A stretch of 64,000 bases of DNA. Origin: Phenylobacterium sp. GTDB taxonomy: Bacteria > Pseudomonadota > Alphaproteobacteria > Caulobacterales > Caulobacteraceae. Positions 1 to 10,181 of the stretch are shown piece by piece (the stretch's first letter is position 1; each line of letters opens with the position of its first letter). Location: assembly GCF_022402485.1 (NCBI RefSeq), contig NZ_JAKRSA010000015.1, positions 49,270 to 113,269 of the forward strand, given 5' to 3'. Position numbers and translations under genes: made by a program. The notes under the pieces are model-generated. The model saw only the letters and a program-made list of their open reading frames with translations. It was not told the DNA's origin and did no database searches.

Positions 1-1526
1 GCCTGATAGAAGCCGCCCAGTTCATCCACCAGACCCAGGGACTTGGCCTGGGCGCCGGTCCAGACCCGGCCGCGGGCGATCTCGTCCACCCGCTCGGGCG
101 TCAGATCACGACCCCGGGCCACCCGCACGATGAAGGCGTCGTAAACATCATCCATCATGGTCGAGAAGGCGGCTTCCTGGGCCGGAGTGAACCCGCCGCC
201 CATGCCATAGGCCCCGGCGAACTCGCCGCCGACCCCTAAGCTGCGCATGTCGACACCAAACTCGGCCAGGGCCGGGCCGAGGGCGAGCTTGCCGCCATAG
301 ACGCCGATGGAGCCGGTCAGGGTGGTGGGCTGGGCGATGATGGCCGAGGCTTCTGACGCGATCCAGTAACCCCCGGAGGCACCATAGGTCCCCATGCTGA
401 CCACCACCGGCTTGTCGGCGGCCTTGGCGGCGCGGACCGCGGCGAGGATCTGTTCGGACGCGGTGTCTGACCCGCCTGGCGAATTGACCCGCAGAACCAC
501 GGCCTTGATGTCGTCGTCCTCGGCGGCGTCATAGAGCGCCTGGGCCACATCGTCGGAGAAGATCATGGCGCTGGGCGCCAGGGGGTTCGACAGGCCGTTC
601 TGACCGGTGATGATCGGACCTTCGGCCTCGATCACGGCGATGGTCGGCCCCGAGCCATCCTCTGTGCCTGCGCTGCGGGCATAGGCTGCCAGGTCCAGCA
701 GGCGGGCATTGTCGCCAGCCGCCGTCAACATCGCCTGCTGGGCCTCATGCAGATGGCCGAGCTTGTCGATCAGGCCCAGCTCCAGGGCCCGGGCGGCATT
801 ATAGGGGCCAGCCTCCAGCCGGCTGCGCAGCACGGCAGGCTCCATCTCCCGGTCGCTGGCGGCCAGACCCAGGGTGCTCAGATAGACCGAGTTCATCCAC
901 GACAGCTGGGCGGTACGGTGGGCGGCGGTGTAGTCGCTGTGGAGATAGGTGTTGACCGCGTTCTTGAATTCCTTGCGCTGTTCGAAGTCTGGCTCAACGC
1001 TGTATTGGTCGAAGAAGCGCTTGAAGAACACGTCCTCTACCGCAAGTCCGGTGGCCTGCAGGCCGGCACCCGGCTGCATCCAAAGCTCACCTGCAGCCGC
1101 CCCAACCATGTAGGTGGAGGTCACCACGCCGGCCTGATAGAGGCCCTGGCTGTGGGCGATCACCGGCTTGCCAGCCGCTTCGAAGCGCCTGAGGGCCAGT
1201 CGAATTTCATCGGCAGCGCCGGGCTCCATGCCCACCTCGGGCAGGCGAACCAGAAGCCCCTTCACCCGCCGGTCGTCCTCGGCCCGGTGCAGGGCCTCGA
1301 TGACCGACATCACTGAGGGCGAGCCCCCGCCAAAGGCCGCCAGGGGGCCTTGGGAATCCTGGTCGGTCAGGGCACTGCGCAGGTCCAGCTGCAGGACCAC
1401 CGCCCCCGGCACAGGGGCTGGCCGTGTCGCCCCCGCGGCGATGACGATCAGCAGGAAGGGCACGCCCACCAGAAACAGGGTCAGGCCGGCGAACACGCCA
1501 GCCATGGTGGTCAGGAACTGCTTCAT
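1..1526 (-). CDS. sppA: Signal peptide peptidase SppA (protease IV), 3' end outside the window
   Basis: Manual translation from ATG at 1526: [14 protein letters not shown]..., N-terminal TM segment, [46 protein letters not shown]. Absent from the ORF track because it runs off the window edge. Confidence 0.93.
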   Translation of the reverse strand, partial: MKQFLTTMAGVFAGLTLFLVGVPFLLIVIAAGATRPAPVPGAVVLQLDLRSALTDQDSQGPLAAFGGGSPSVMSVIEALHRAEDDRRVKGLLVRLPEVGMEPGAADEIRLALRRFEAAGKPVIAHSQGLYQAGVVTSTYMVGAAAGELWMQPGAGLQATGLAVEDVFFKRFFDQYSVEPDFEQRKEFKNAVNTYLHSDYTAAHRTAQLSWMNSVYLSTLGLAASDREMEPAVLRSRLEAGPYNAARALELGLIDKLGHLHEAQQAMLTAAGDNARLLDLAAYARSAGTEDGSGPTIAVIEAEGPIITGQNGLSNPLAPSAMIFSDDVAQALYDAAEDDDIKAVVLRVNSPGGSDTASEQILAAVRAAKAADKPVVVSMGTYGASGGYWIASEASAIIAQPTTLTGSIGVYGGKLALGPALAEFGVDMRSLGVGGEFAGAYGMGGGFTPAQEAAFSTMMDDVYDAFIVRVARGRDLTPERVDEIARGRVWTGAQAKSLGLVDELGGFYQ

Positions 1527-1654
1527 CGGGGGCCCGTGCAGGGAGGAGGATGTTATCTCAACCCTATATCGGGGCCCGTTGCGGGGAAATGAAGAGCATC
1601 TGACGGGCGATCAGCCAGATCACCCGCCAGAGGCGCAATATGTCGCTCTTGGTC

Positions 1655-3244
1655 CTAGGGCGCGCTGAGGGTGGGCAGCTCATAGGTGACGCCGGCCCCG
1701 GGGCCGAGCGGCAGGTCGAGGGCGGTCCATCCCAGCACCATGATCATGCCCGCTGCCAGGAAGGTGAGCGAGTAGGGGATCATGACCGCCATCAGCGAGC
1801 CGACCTTGAAGTCCTTCTGGTAGCGCTGGGCAAAGCCGAGGATCAGCGGGAAGTAGACCATCAGGGGGGTGATGATGTTGGTGGTGGAATCTCCGACCCG
1901 GTAGGCTGCGGTGCTCATTTCCGGGCTGACCCCCAGCAGCATCAGCATCGGCACCAGGATGGGGGCCAGGGCCGCCCACTTGGCCGAGGCTGACCCGATG
2001 AACAGGTTGATGCAGGCCGCGAGGAGGACGATGCCCGACAGGAGCAGCGGGGTTGGCAGGCCAGAGGCGCGCAGGCCCTCAGCGCCATGGATGGCGACAA
2101 TGGCCCCGAGGTTTGACCAGTTGAACATGGCCACGAAATGGGCGGCCACAAAGGCCAGCACGATATAGGGACCCATCTCGGCCATGGACTGTCCGGTCAG
2201 GCGGACCACATCGCCCTGGCTCTTGACGGTGCCAGCCGCCGCGCCGTAGGCGACGCCGCAGACCAGGAACAGCAGGAAGAAGCCCGCCACCAGGGAGGAA
2301 TAGAACGGAGTCAGCCGCTCGCCGGGACCGCCCTCGGCATTGATGAAGGGGGCCGCCGGCCCAAGGGTCATGGCTGTCCAGAGGCCGATCACCACCACCG
2401 CGCCAATACCCGCCCAGATGAGGCCCTTACGCTCGCGGGCACTGGCCCCCTCGGCGTCCCCCTCGGCCTCGGCCGCATCGATCGCGGGCGACAGCGGCAC
2501 CCAGGGGCCGAGCTTGGGCTCTACGATCTTGTCCGTGACCCACCACCCCAGGGGCGTGAAGATGACGGTCATGGCCAGGATAAACCACCAGTTGCCGGCG
2601 ATATTGGCCGTCCAGCTGGGGTCCAGAAGCCGCGCAGCAGGCTCAGTGATCCCCAGCAGCAGGGCGTCCAGATGGCCTGGAAAGATGTTGGCGGAGAACC
2701 CGCCCGAGACCCCGGCGAAGGCCGCAGCTATACCCGCCACCGGATGGCGGCCGGCCGCAGCAAACACCACGCCGGCCAGGGGGATCAGCACCACATAGGC
2801 GGCGTCGGCGGCGTGGTTGGCGATGATGGCCACAAAGATGATGATCGGCGTCAGCAGGGCCTTGGGGGCCTTGGAGATGCTGGCCTTCATGGCCGCCGTG
2901 AACAGTCCCGTCCGCTCGGCCACCCCGGCCCCCAGCATGACGGTGAGCACGAAGCCCAAGGGGGCGAAGCTGGTCAGGGTGCGCGGCATGTCCACAAACA
3001 GCCGCTGCAGGTTCTCTGATGTGGCCAGGCTGACGGCGGTCAGGGTCTCGCCGGTGGCCGGATTGACCGCCGAGGCACCAAGGCCCGCAGCGATCATGCT
3101 GCCCACGAACAGGGCGACGATCATCCAGACGAAGATGACCACAGGATCGGGCAGGCGGTTGCCCACCTTCTCGATCATCCCCAAGACCCCGGACTGCATG
3201 GCCATCTGGCTACCCCTTTGCAATTCTGCGCCAAACTTCGCCAT
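1655..3244 (-). CDS. abgT: AbgT-family transporter (p-aminobenzoyl-glutamate/antimetabolite)
   Basis: IEKVGNRLPDP, FAGVSGGFSAN, YRVGDSTTNIITPLMVYF motifs; multi-TM. The start may be ~40 nt downstream. Confidence 0.9.
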   Translation of the reverse strand: MAKFGAELQRGSQMAMQSGVLGMIEKVGNRLPDPVVIFVWMIVALFVGSMIAAGLGASAVNPATGETLTAVSLATSENLQRLFVDMPRTLTSFAPLGFVLTVMLGAGVAERTGLFTAAMKASISKAPKALLTPIIIFVAIIANHAADAAYVVLIPLAGVVFAAAGRHPVAGIAAAFAGVSGGFSANIFPGHLDALLLGITEPAARLLDPSWTANIAGNWWFILAMTVIFTPLGWWVTDKIVEPKLGPWVPLSPAIDAAEAEGDAEGASARERKGLIWAGIGAVVVIGLWTAMTLGPAAPFINAEGGPGERLTPFYSSLVAGFFLLFLVCGVAYGAAAGTVKSQGDVVRLTGQSMAEMGPYIVLAFVAAHFVAMFNWSNLGAIVAIHGAEGLRASGLPTPLLLSGIVLLAACINLFIGSASAKWAALAPILVPMLMLLGVSPEMSTAAYRVGDSTTNIITPLMVYFPLILGFAQRYQKDFKVGSLMAVMIPYSLTFLAAGMIMVLGWTALDLPLGPGAGVTYELPTLSAP

Positions 3245-3328
3245 AGCGAGCGCCGTGGCAAGCCTTGCCGTGCGAGGGCCACCTCATGCCCCCCAGATCG
3301 GGGGCGTTCCAACGCGAATTTGATCGGC

Positions 3329-4402
3329 CTAGAGGCACCCAAAGGTCTCGCAGACAAGAGTGGCGACCCCCCGGGCCGCAGCGCTGCAGCTTGCCGGATC
3401 GGTGGGCTCTACGATGATCTGTCCCACCACCGGCGCCCCGGCCTTGCGGGCGGCGCGGTCATAGGCCGGATCATAGTGAAGGTCGATCAGGGCCTGGGCC
3501 AGGTCGGCAAAGGCACCGGCAGCGATCATCCCCCGCCAAGCCGCCCTGCGCTCGGCGCTCGGTGCTACCGGCAGACGGTCAAAGGCCGCCTCCAAGGCGT
3601 TTGGATCAGCGGCAATATCCCCATAGGCGCCCACCAGATACTGCGCCCGGCTGGCTTGCGGGGCGTCAAGCACCACCCGGGGCGCGCTCTGCATGGCCTG
3701 CCAGAGGACCGGCGGCGTCATCCGATCGCCGATCTTGCTGGCCTCGGCCTCCACCACGATGGGGCGTTCAGGATCAAGGGTGTTCAGGGCCTGGAGCAGA
3801 CGGGTCTCAAAGAGCTTCTGGCTGGGCTGCGGCCGCCCCGCCAGGGCCCCAAACAGCGAGCCCCGATGCTCGGCCAGACCCTCGAGATCAAGGATCTGGA
3901 CCCCCAAGGCCTCCAGCTGGTGCAGAATTTCGGTCTTGGCTGAGCCGGTATGGCCATCAATCAGGAGCAATTTCAGCGCCTTTGGCGTGTCATAGAGGCT
4001 TGCGGTGACGTGTCGTCGATAGGTCCGGTAACCCCCGCGCAGCAGGGTGACGGGCCAGCCCACCTGGGACAGGATGGTGGCCATGGCGTCAGACCTCTGC
4101 CCCCCGCGCCAGCAATAGATCAACGGCTTGAAGCTGGCCGGGCGGTCGGCCAGGGCGGTCTCCAGGTGGCGGGCGATGTTGCGGGCCACATGGGCCGCGC
4201 CGATCCGACGGGCCAGGAACCGCGATTCCTGGACATAGATGGTTCCCACCTCCGCCCGCTGCTGGTCGTCCAGCACCGGCAGGTTTTCCGCGCCGGGCAG
4301 GTGGTCGAGGGCGAACTCGGCGGGGCTGCGCACATCGATGACCGCATCATAACGGGCGAGGTCGGCGGCGCTTACCGCCTCGGTCGTCTCATACCCGGCC
4401 AT
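3329..4402 (-). CDS. mnmH: tRNA 2-selenouridine(34) synthase MnmH/SelU
   Basis: Rhodanese domain (IDVRSPAEF, YCWRGGQRS), then GHTGSAKT and LEGLAEHRGSLFG. ATG at 4402 preferred over the ORF-track start. Confidence 0.93.
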   Translation of the reverse strand: MAGYETTEAVSAADLARYDAVIDVRSPAEFALDHLPGAENLPVLDDQQRAEVGTIYVQESRFLARRIGAAHVARNIARHLETALADRPASFKPLIYCWRGGQRSDAMATILSQVGWPVTLLRGGYRTYRRHVTASLYDTPKALKLLLIDGHTGSAKTEILHQLEALGVQILDLEGLAEHRGSLFGALAGRPQPSQKLFETRLLQALNTLDPERPIVVEAEASKIGDRMTPPVLWQAMQSAPRVVLDAPQASRAQYLVGAYGDIAADPNALEAAFDRLPVAPSAERRAAWRGMIAAGAFADLAQALIDLHYDPAYDRAARKAGAPVVGQIIVEPTDPASCSAAARGVATLVCETFGCL

Positions 4403-4472
4403 GCTGCACTCCCAACCTCGTCGGGGTGCTATACAACGCGCCTGCAACCGTTCGAAACAAGGACGATACCCG

Positions 4473-5516
4473 ATGGCGCAACAGCAGCGGCTGACCGATC
4501 TGGCCCATGGCGGCGGCTGCGGCTGCAAGCTGTCGCCTGCCGTGCTCCGCGAGATTCTGGCCGGTGTGCCCCAGGCGGGTCTGTTCCCCAACCTGATGGT
4601 CGGGACCGAAACCTCCGACGATGCCGCCGTATGGCGCCTCAACGATCAGCAGGCCCTGGTGGCGACCACCGACTTCTTCATGCCCGTGGTGGATGATCCC
4701 TTCGACTTCGGACGCATCGCCGCCACCAACGCCATCTCCGATGTCTATGCCATGGGGGCGAGCCCGATCTTCGCCCTGGCCATTGTCGGTATGCCCATCG
4801 GCAAGCTGTCCACCGAACAGATCTCCGCGATCCTGGCCGGCGGCGCGGCGGTCTGCGCCGAGGCGGGCATCCCGGTGGCGGGGGGGCACTCCATCGACAG
4901 CGTCGAACCGATCTATGGTCTCGTGGCGCTTGGTCTGGTGCATCCCGATCAGGTGCTCACCAACCGGATGGCGCGGCCCGGCGATGTCCTGCTGTTGACC
5001 AAGGGCCTTGGGGTGGGGGTGCTCAGCGCGGCGTTCAAGCAGGGGCGTCTTGAGACGGCGGGGTATGAGGCCCTGATCGCCTCGACCACTCAGCTCAACC
5101 GGATCGGTGCCGAGCTGGCCAGGTTCGAGGGCGTGCATGGCGTGACCGACGTCACGGGCTTTGGCTTGCTGGGCCACACCCTGGAAATGTGCCGAGGGGC
5201 AGGGGTCGCGGCTGAGATCGCAGCTGACGGGCCGGTTCTGCTGGCCGGGGTCGAAGCCCTGTCCCGGGACGGCGTGCGCACCGGCGCTTCAGGGCGCAAC
5301 TGGGCCAGCTATGGCGAGGCGGTCAGCCTGCCTGAGGGCTTCCCAGAATGGCGGCGGGATATCCTTTGTGACCCGCAGACCAGCGGCGGCCTGCTCATCG
5401 CCCTGGATCCCGCCGCTGTTCCAGCCGTGATGGCGCGTCTCGCGGCGCTGGGGGCCGGTGCCGCAGCCGTCGTCGGTAAGGTGGTGGAAGGCCAGCCCTC
5501 GGTGAAGGTGATCTGA
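4473..5516 (+). CDS. selD: Selenide, water dikinase SelD (Cys form)
   Basis: LAHGGGCGCKL, DDAAV, TTDFFMPVVDDPFDFGRIAATNAISDVYAMG, GGHSID, TDVTGFGLLGH, DPQTSGGLL; ATG at 4473. Confidence 0.96.
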   Translation: MAQQQRLTDLAHGGGCGCKLSPAVLREILAGVPQAGLFPNLMVGTETSDDAAVWRLNDQQALVATTDFFMPVVDDPFDFGRIAATNAISDVYAMGASPIFALAIVGMPIGKLSTEQISAILAGGAAVCAEAGIPVAGGHSIDSVEPIYGLVALGLVHPDQVLTNRMARPGDVLLLTKGLGVGVLSAAFKQGRLETAGYEALIASTTQLNRIGAELARFEGVHGVTDVTGFGLLGHTLEMCRGAGVAAEIAADGPVLLAGVEALSRDGVRTGASGRNWASYGEAVSLPEGFPEWRRDILCDPQTSGGLLIALDPAAVPAVMARLAALGAGAAAVVGKVVEGQPSVKVI

Positions 5517-6221
5517 TCAACCCCCAGGGATCGCCTTCTCCTCCTGCGGCTGGACCTTACCATCGACCAGCAGGATGCGCCGGTGGCAGCGGGCGGCCAC
5601 GTGCTCATCATGGGTGCAGATCAGGAAGGTTCCACCTTCCTCGCGGTTGACCTCGCCCATGAGGTCGAGGACCTGGCCCGCCGAGCGCAGGTCCAGATTG
5701 CCCGTCGGCTCATCGGCGATCACCAGTTCGGGGCGGTTCATCAGGGCCCGCGCTATAGCCACCCGCTGCTTCTGCCCGCCCGACAGCCGCGAGGCCGGGA
5801 AGTGCGCCCGATCGGCCAGACCGACCCTTTCCAGAAGCGATAGGGCCCGACGGCGCATCTCGGGGGAAATGCCGCCCGCCGGGGCCGCCGCCGGAAAGGC
5901 CACATTTTCCATGGCCGAAAAGTCAGGCAGCAGATGATGAAACTGGAAGACAAACCCCAGCCGCTGGTTGCGGAAGGCCGCCCGGGCCTTTTCCCCCATG
6001 TCGTCCACCCTCTGTCCGGCGATCTGGATCTCACCCTCGGTCGGCCGCAGCAGCAGACCCAGGATCGACAGCAGGGTGGACTTGCCCGAACCTGAGGCCC
6101 CCACCAGGGCCACCAGTTCCCCGGGGGCCAGATCCACATCGATGCCGCGCAGCACCTGGGTTTCCTCATCGCCATTGCGGAAGGTCATGACCACGCCGCG
6201 CGCCTGAAGCACCGAGCTCAT
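5517..6221 (-). CDS. ABC transporter ATP-binding protein (LolD/MacB type)
   Basis: GASGSGKST, LSGGQKQRVAIARAL, ADEPTGNLD. Confidence 0.92.
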   Translation of the reverse strand: MSSVLQARGVVMTFRNGDEETQVLRGIDVDLAPGELVALVGASGSGKSTLLSILGLLLRPTEGEIQIAGQRVDDMGEKARAAFRNQRLGFVFQFHHLLPDFSAMENVAFPAAAPAGGISPEMRRRALSLLERVGLADRAHFPASRLSGGQKQRVAIARALMNRPELVIADEPTGNLDLRSAGQVLDLMGEVNREEGGTFLICTHDEHVAARCHRRILLVDGKVQPQEEKAIPGG

Positions 6222-7426
6222 TGCTGGATTGCCTCCAGGGGATCGATCCGTGCGGCAGAACGGGCCGGGAAGGCCGAGGCCAGCACCGCACCCAGGGTGG
6301 TAAGGATCAGCACCGCCACATAACCACCGCGCTCTGGGGCGATGGGCAGGGGCGGGGTCCCGTCCGCGCCGGTCAGGGAGGCCAGGAAGGTGCAGAGCCC
6401 ATAACCGCTCAGGCAGCCGAGCAAACCGCCGGCCAGGCCAATCAGCAGCCCCTGCAGCATGAACACCGCTACGATGAAGCGCCCGGAAATGCCGAACGCG
6501 CGCATGATCCCCACCTCGCTCCGCCGGCGATAGGCTGACAGCACCAGGGCGCTGGCCACACCGATGATGATCGAGATCAGCGAGAAGATCTGGATCAGGG
6601 TTCCTGTGCGCCCCTGGGCGTCGAGGGCGGCCTCCAGGTTCAGGTTCTTGTCCTGCCAGGGGGTGGCGCGAAGGCCTGTGGCACCGGCCAGGAAGTCGGC
6701 CACCTCCCGCGCCCGGCCTGGCTCGTCGAGCTTGACCTCGATATTGGTCACGCCTTCGGGCAGGTTGAACAGGGGACGGGCGGTCTGCAGGGACATGAAG
6801 GCGACCCTGGAATCCAGGCTCTGCAGCCCCGTCTTGAAAATCCCCCTGACCGTCAGTAGGCGCTCGCCACCCCGATCGGTTCGCAGCAGCACCGGCTGGC
6901 CCGCCGTCAGACCCAGATCCTTGGCCAGTTCCACCCCGATGAGCAGACCATCGGCACCCAGGGCGCCCTGGCCACTGACCAGGCTGGGCGTGATCGGGGT
7001 GATGGCGTCCAGACCTTCGGGCTCGAGCCCCGTGACGGATACAGGCTGTACCGCCTCGCCCTTGACCAGGAAGGCGTTACCGCTGATTTGCGGGCTGAGC
7101 CCGGCCACGCCGGACTGGCTGCGGATCAGGTCGACCGTGGAGCTCCAGGTGCGAATCTGGCTGCGTTGAAAGGTTGAGATCAGCGCCACGCCCTCGGTCC
7201 GAACGCCGTCGTCTCCCGGCAGGATCTGCGCCAGGCGGGTGGCGGGCTCCAGGGTCACATGGGCGCTATTGCCTGTGACCTGTTCGGTCAGGTTTATGGC
7301 CAGCCCTTCGATCAGGGCGGTGATAAAGATGAACACCGTCACCCCGAGAGCCACGCCCGTAACCAGCAGCACGGTCTGGGCAGGGTTGGAGGTCAGGTAG
7401 CGTCGGGCCACCGTGAGGGCGAACAT
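6218..7426 (-). CDS. FtsX/MacB-like ABC permease
   Basis: One N-terminal TM, large periplasmic domain, C-terminal RRSEVGIMRAFG plus 3 TM; 4-nt overlap with the ATPase. Confidence 0.88.
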   Translation of the reverse strand: MFALTVARRYLTSNPAQTVLLVTGVALGVTVFIFITALIEGLAINLTEQVTGNSAHVTLEPATRLAQILPGDDGVRTEGVALISTFQRSQIRTWSSTVDLIRSQSGVAGLSPQISGNAFLVKGEAVQPVSVTGLEPEGLDAITPITPSLVSGQGALGADGLLIGVELAKDLGLTAGQPVLLRTDRGGERLLTVRGIFKTGLQSLDSRVAFMSLQTARPLFNLPEGVTNIEVKLDEPGRAREVADFLAGATGLRATPWQDKNLNLEAALDAQGRTGTLIQIFSLISIIIGVASALVLSAYRRRSEVGIMRAFGISGRFIVAVFMLQGLLIGLAGGLLGCLSGYGLCTFLASLTGADGTPPLPIAPERGGYVAVLILTTLGAVLASAFPARSAARIDPLEAIQQ

Positions 7427-7429
7427 GGC

Positions 7430-8515
7430 CTAGGACCCGTCCGGGGAAGCAACCGAGGTCGCCACCGGTCGAACCTTTTCCCCCGGTCGAAGCCCGGCGG
7501 GTGCAAGGACCAGTCGGTCGCCAGCGGACAATCCGCTCTCGATGATTGCGCCCTGCGATGGCCAGCGGGCGATGACGATATCCCTGACCCGGATGGTGTC
7601 CTCGGCGTCCACCACATAGGCCTTAGGTGCGGTCGTGGCGTCGACCACTGAAAGTCGGGGGATGACGATGGCGGCAGGGCGCACGGCAACAACAATGGTC
7701 ACGTCCACCGAGCGGCCCGGGGCGAGGTTCGTTCCTGTCTCCGGGCGGACCCTGACCAGTCGGCCCCCCGTGGCGGAGTCCACCTTGGGGGAGATTTCAC
7801 TGACCATGGCGGCGAAGCGGGCCTCGGCGCCTGAGGCCGCAGCGCGGGCGGTCATGCCGGGGGCCAGCGCGTCGGCATAGGCTTCATCCACCTCCGCCAG
7901 AATCTCCACGCCGTCCAGGGACCCAAGCTCGAACAGGGGGGTGGCCGCAGCGATCACCTGACCGCTGTCCACGGGACGGGCCAGGATCAGACCGGCCATG
8001 GGCGCGCGAACTACAAACTCCTGGCTTCGGGCGGTGGAGGCTCTGGCCGTGGCCTGGGCGGCGGCGACATTGGCTTCGGCGGTGCGCAGGACGGCCCTGA
8101 CCTGGTCAAGGGCTGCCTGGGCGGCGAAGCCCTGTCGGGCCAGGGTTTCGGTACGTTGGACGGCCAGTCTGGCCTGGGCGGCTTCAGCCTGAGCTGCGCG
8201 GACCCGAGCGGAGTCAGCTTCGCCCTGGGCGGCCTCAACCACGGCCAGTATCCGGGCCAGGGGCTCTCCCTGAGCCACCTGATCGCCCTCGTCCCGCATC
8301 ATCTCGACCACTTGGCCGGGATTGGGCGAACGCACCTCCACAAGGTCAATGGGACGCACGCGACCGACGACGGCCAGGACCAGCTCTGTGGCCTCAGGGG
8401 CCAGGGTGGTCACCGCCACCTCCGTGGGGCGACGGCTGAGCATGAAGGCTGTTGCGGCGATGAGCGCCACCACCAGCACCAGAACGGCGAGCTTGAGCCT
8501 TCCGCGCCCCTTCAT
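7430..8515 (-). CDS. Efflux periplasmic adaptor subunit (MFP)
   Basis: N-terminal anchor, lipoyl-like halves (VRSPNPGQV...VRAPMAGLI), coiled-coil hairpin, ISPKVDSATG. Confidence 0.88.
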   Translation of the reverse strand: MKGRGRLKLAVLVLVVALIAATAFMLSRRPTEVAVTTLAPEATELVLAVVGRVRPIDLVEVRSPNPGQVVEMMRDEGDQVAQGEPLARILAVVEAAQGEADSARVRAAQAEAAQARLAVQRTETLARQGFAAQAALDQVRAVLRTAEANVAAAQATARASTARSQEFVVRAPMAGLILARPVDSGQVIAAATPLFELGSLDGVEILAEVDEAYADALAPGMTARAAASGAEARFAAMVSEISPKVDSATGGRLVRVRPETGTNLAPGRSVDVTIVVAVRPAAIVIPRLSVVDATTAPKAYVVDAEDTIRVRDIVIARWPSQGAIIESGLSAGDRLVLAPAGLRPGEKVRPVATSVASPDGS

Positions 8516-8625
8516 CGGCAGACCTCATGGCGGTGGGAACAGGCAGGCGCGGTCATGGCGTCCCTTTCGGAGTCCCTATGTCGGCGAAGCCCCAGCCCTG
8601 CATCAAGGCCCGAAGCCGACCCAGG

Positions 8626-9051
8626 TCAACCCGTGGCGGTGAGTCCAACACAGTCCATGATGTGGGCCCATTCCGCGGCGCTCACCGGCTGAACCGAGAG
8701 TCGGAAGGCGGTGACCAGGGCCATGGTCTTCAACGCAGGGTCGGCCTTGGCCTCAGCCAGGGTGAAAGGGCGGGGCAGGGGCACCTTGGCTCGGACATCG
8801 ACGCAGACAAAGACCCCCTTGGGATCGCTGGCGTCTGGGTAGGCTTCGGTGATCACCTCGCAGACCCCAACGATCTCCTTCCCAGTCTGGGAGTGATAGA
8901 AGAAGGCCTGGTCGCCGACCTGCATGGCCATCAGATTGAGTTTGGCACTGTGGTTTCGCACGCCCGTCCAAGGTTCCCCGCGGTCACCGCAGGCCACCAG
9001 ATCGTCCCAGGAAAATGCGTCCGGTTCGGACTTCAGCAGCCAGTAGGCCAT
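8626..9051 (-). CDS. EVE domain-containing protein
   Basis: MAYWLLKSEPDAFSW, WTGVRNHSA, GDQAFFYHS, RLSVQPV. Confidence 0.92.
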   Translation of the reverse strand: MAYWLLKSEPDAFSWDDLVACGDRGEPWTGVRNHSAKLNLMAMQVGDQAFFYHSQTGKEIVGVCEVITEAYPDASDPKGVFVCVDVRAKVPLPRPFTLAEAKADPALKTMALVTAFRLSVQPVSAAEWAHIMDCVGLTATG

Positions 9052-9089
9052 GGGGCCAGGTCCTCCCGGACGGCCCCTAGGGCCGCGAT

Positions 9090-10181
9090 CTAGATAGCGA
9101 GCGGGGCATCATAGCCGGTGAGCTCAAGATAGCCTCGCCCGCCCGGCGTCCGTACAGCGCCTTCCCAATAGACCGGGCCAATGGGCCGGCTGTCGAGTTC
9201 CTGATCCGCAAAAAGGGGCTCCAGGCGCCAGACCCGGGGCCCCTCCGGCAAGCGGACACGAATGTCACGAGTGATCGGATAGAGGGCCCCTGTCCGGGGG
9301 GAGCGCCACTGACGTCGGGTGTCGAACCGAACATCCCCTGGTGCGAAGGGGGTAAGCTGGCCCTCTGGGCTGCGGAACGAGCCCCCGGCCCAGACGGCCT
9401 TGCCCTTGGCGTCGCGCACCTCGAAGGCGGTCAGGGCCCCGCCATCATCGAGATTGATCCCCGCCCAGTCCCAACCGACCGCCCGGGCATCCAGCAGGGT
9501 TGAAGACCATTCCTGATCAAGCCAGGCCTCCCCGCTGACCGGCTGGCGGCGCCCCTCGCGGCTCAGGGTGCCGGTCACCTTCAGGTGTGGCAGGCTGTAA
9601 TAATAGCTGGCCTGGTCGGCACCCGGGCCTTTGCGGCTGAACCCCTGTTGCCCCTGAAGGAGCACGGGCTGGGTCGGAGTTAGAGCCAGGTCCAGGGCGA
9701 AGTCGGCGTCCCCCGCATGGGTCCTCAGCACGCCTTTGGCATCCCGCCTGAGCCGCCAGTCGTCCAGCACCAGGTCCATGTCGCCCACCTTGGCCTCGGC
9801 CAGGCCAAACCCCGCCCGGGCGATCCGCTGGGCATGGATCAACCGACCCATAGCCGGATCAGAAATAGCGGCATGGGCGAAGATCACCTGTCGCGGAGAG
9901 AAGGTGCTGGGATTGCCGGGGTCGGCCGCTGTTCGGACCCGGAAGAAGGTGATCTGGAAGCCGATGGGCTGGCCCGCTGCCTGCAACCAGCCGGTCACAT
10001 ACCACCACTCGGTGCGGAAATCAGGATGAGCCCCATGGTCGGTAGGGAAGCTCAGGCGCCGTCCTGGCCTGACCGGGGCAAAGGTGACGGGCAGGGATCT
10101 GGGCTGGGCGAGGCCCAGGCCCCCAGGCACCAGCAGCCCGGCTGCCAGGAGAGCTGCGAAGGCGCGGCGGGGAAACATCAC
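9090..10181 (-). CDS. Secreted lipocalin-like / CrtC-AttH family hydrolase
   Basis: FPTDHGAHPDFRTEWWYVTG, SYYYSLP, WLDQEWSS, YWEG, GYLELTGY; twin-Arg-like signal FPRRAF. Confidence 0.88.
   Translation of the reverse strand: MMFPRRAFAALLAAGLLVPGGLGLAQPRSLPVTFAPVRPGRRLSFPTDHGAHPDFRTEWWYVTGWLQAAGQPIGFQITFFRVRTAADPGNPSTFSPRQVIFAHAAISDPAMGRLIHAQRIARAGFGLAEAKVGDMDLVLDDWRLRRDAKGVLRTHAGDADFALDLALTPTQPVLLQGQQGFSRKGPGADQASYYYSLPHLKVTGTLSREGRRQPVSGEAWLDQEWSSTLLDARAVGWDWAGINLDDGGALTAFEVRDAKGKAVWAGGSFRSPEGQLTPFAPGDVRFDTRRQWRSPRTGALYPITRDIRVRLPEGPRVWRLEPLFADQELDSRPIGPVYWEGAVRTPGGRGYLELTGYDAPLAI

Noticed and set aside
4473-4530. Selenocysteine recoding in SelD
   Set aside because: Both active-site positions are TGC (Cys); no in-frame TGA.
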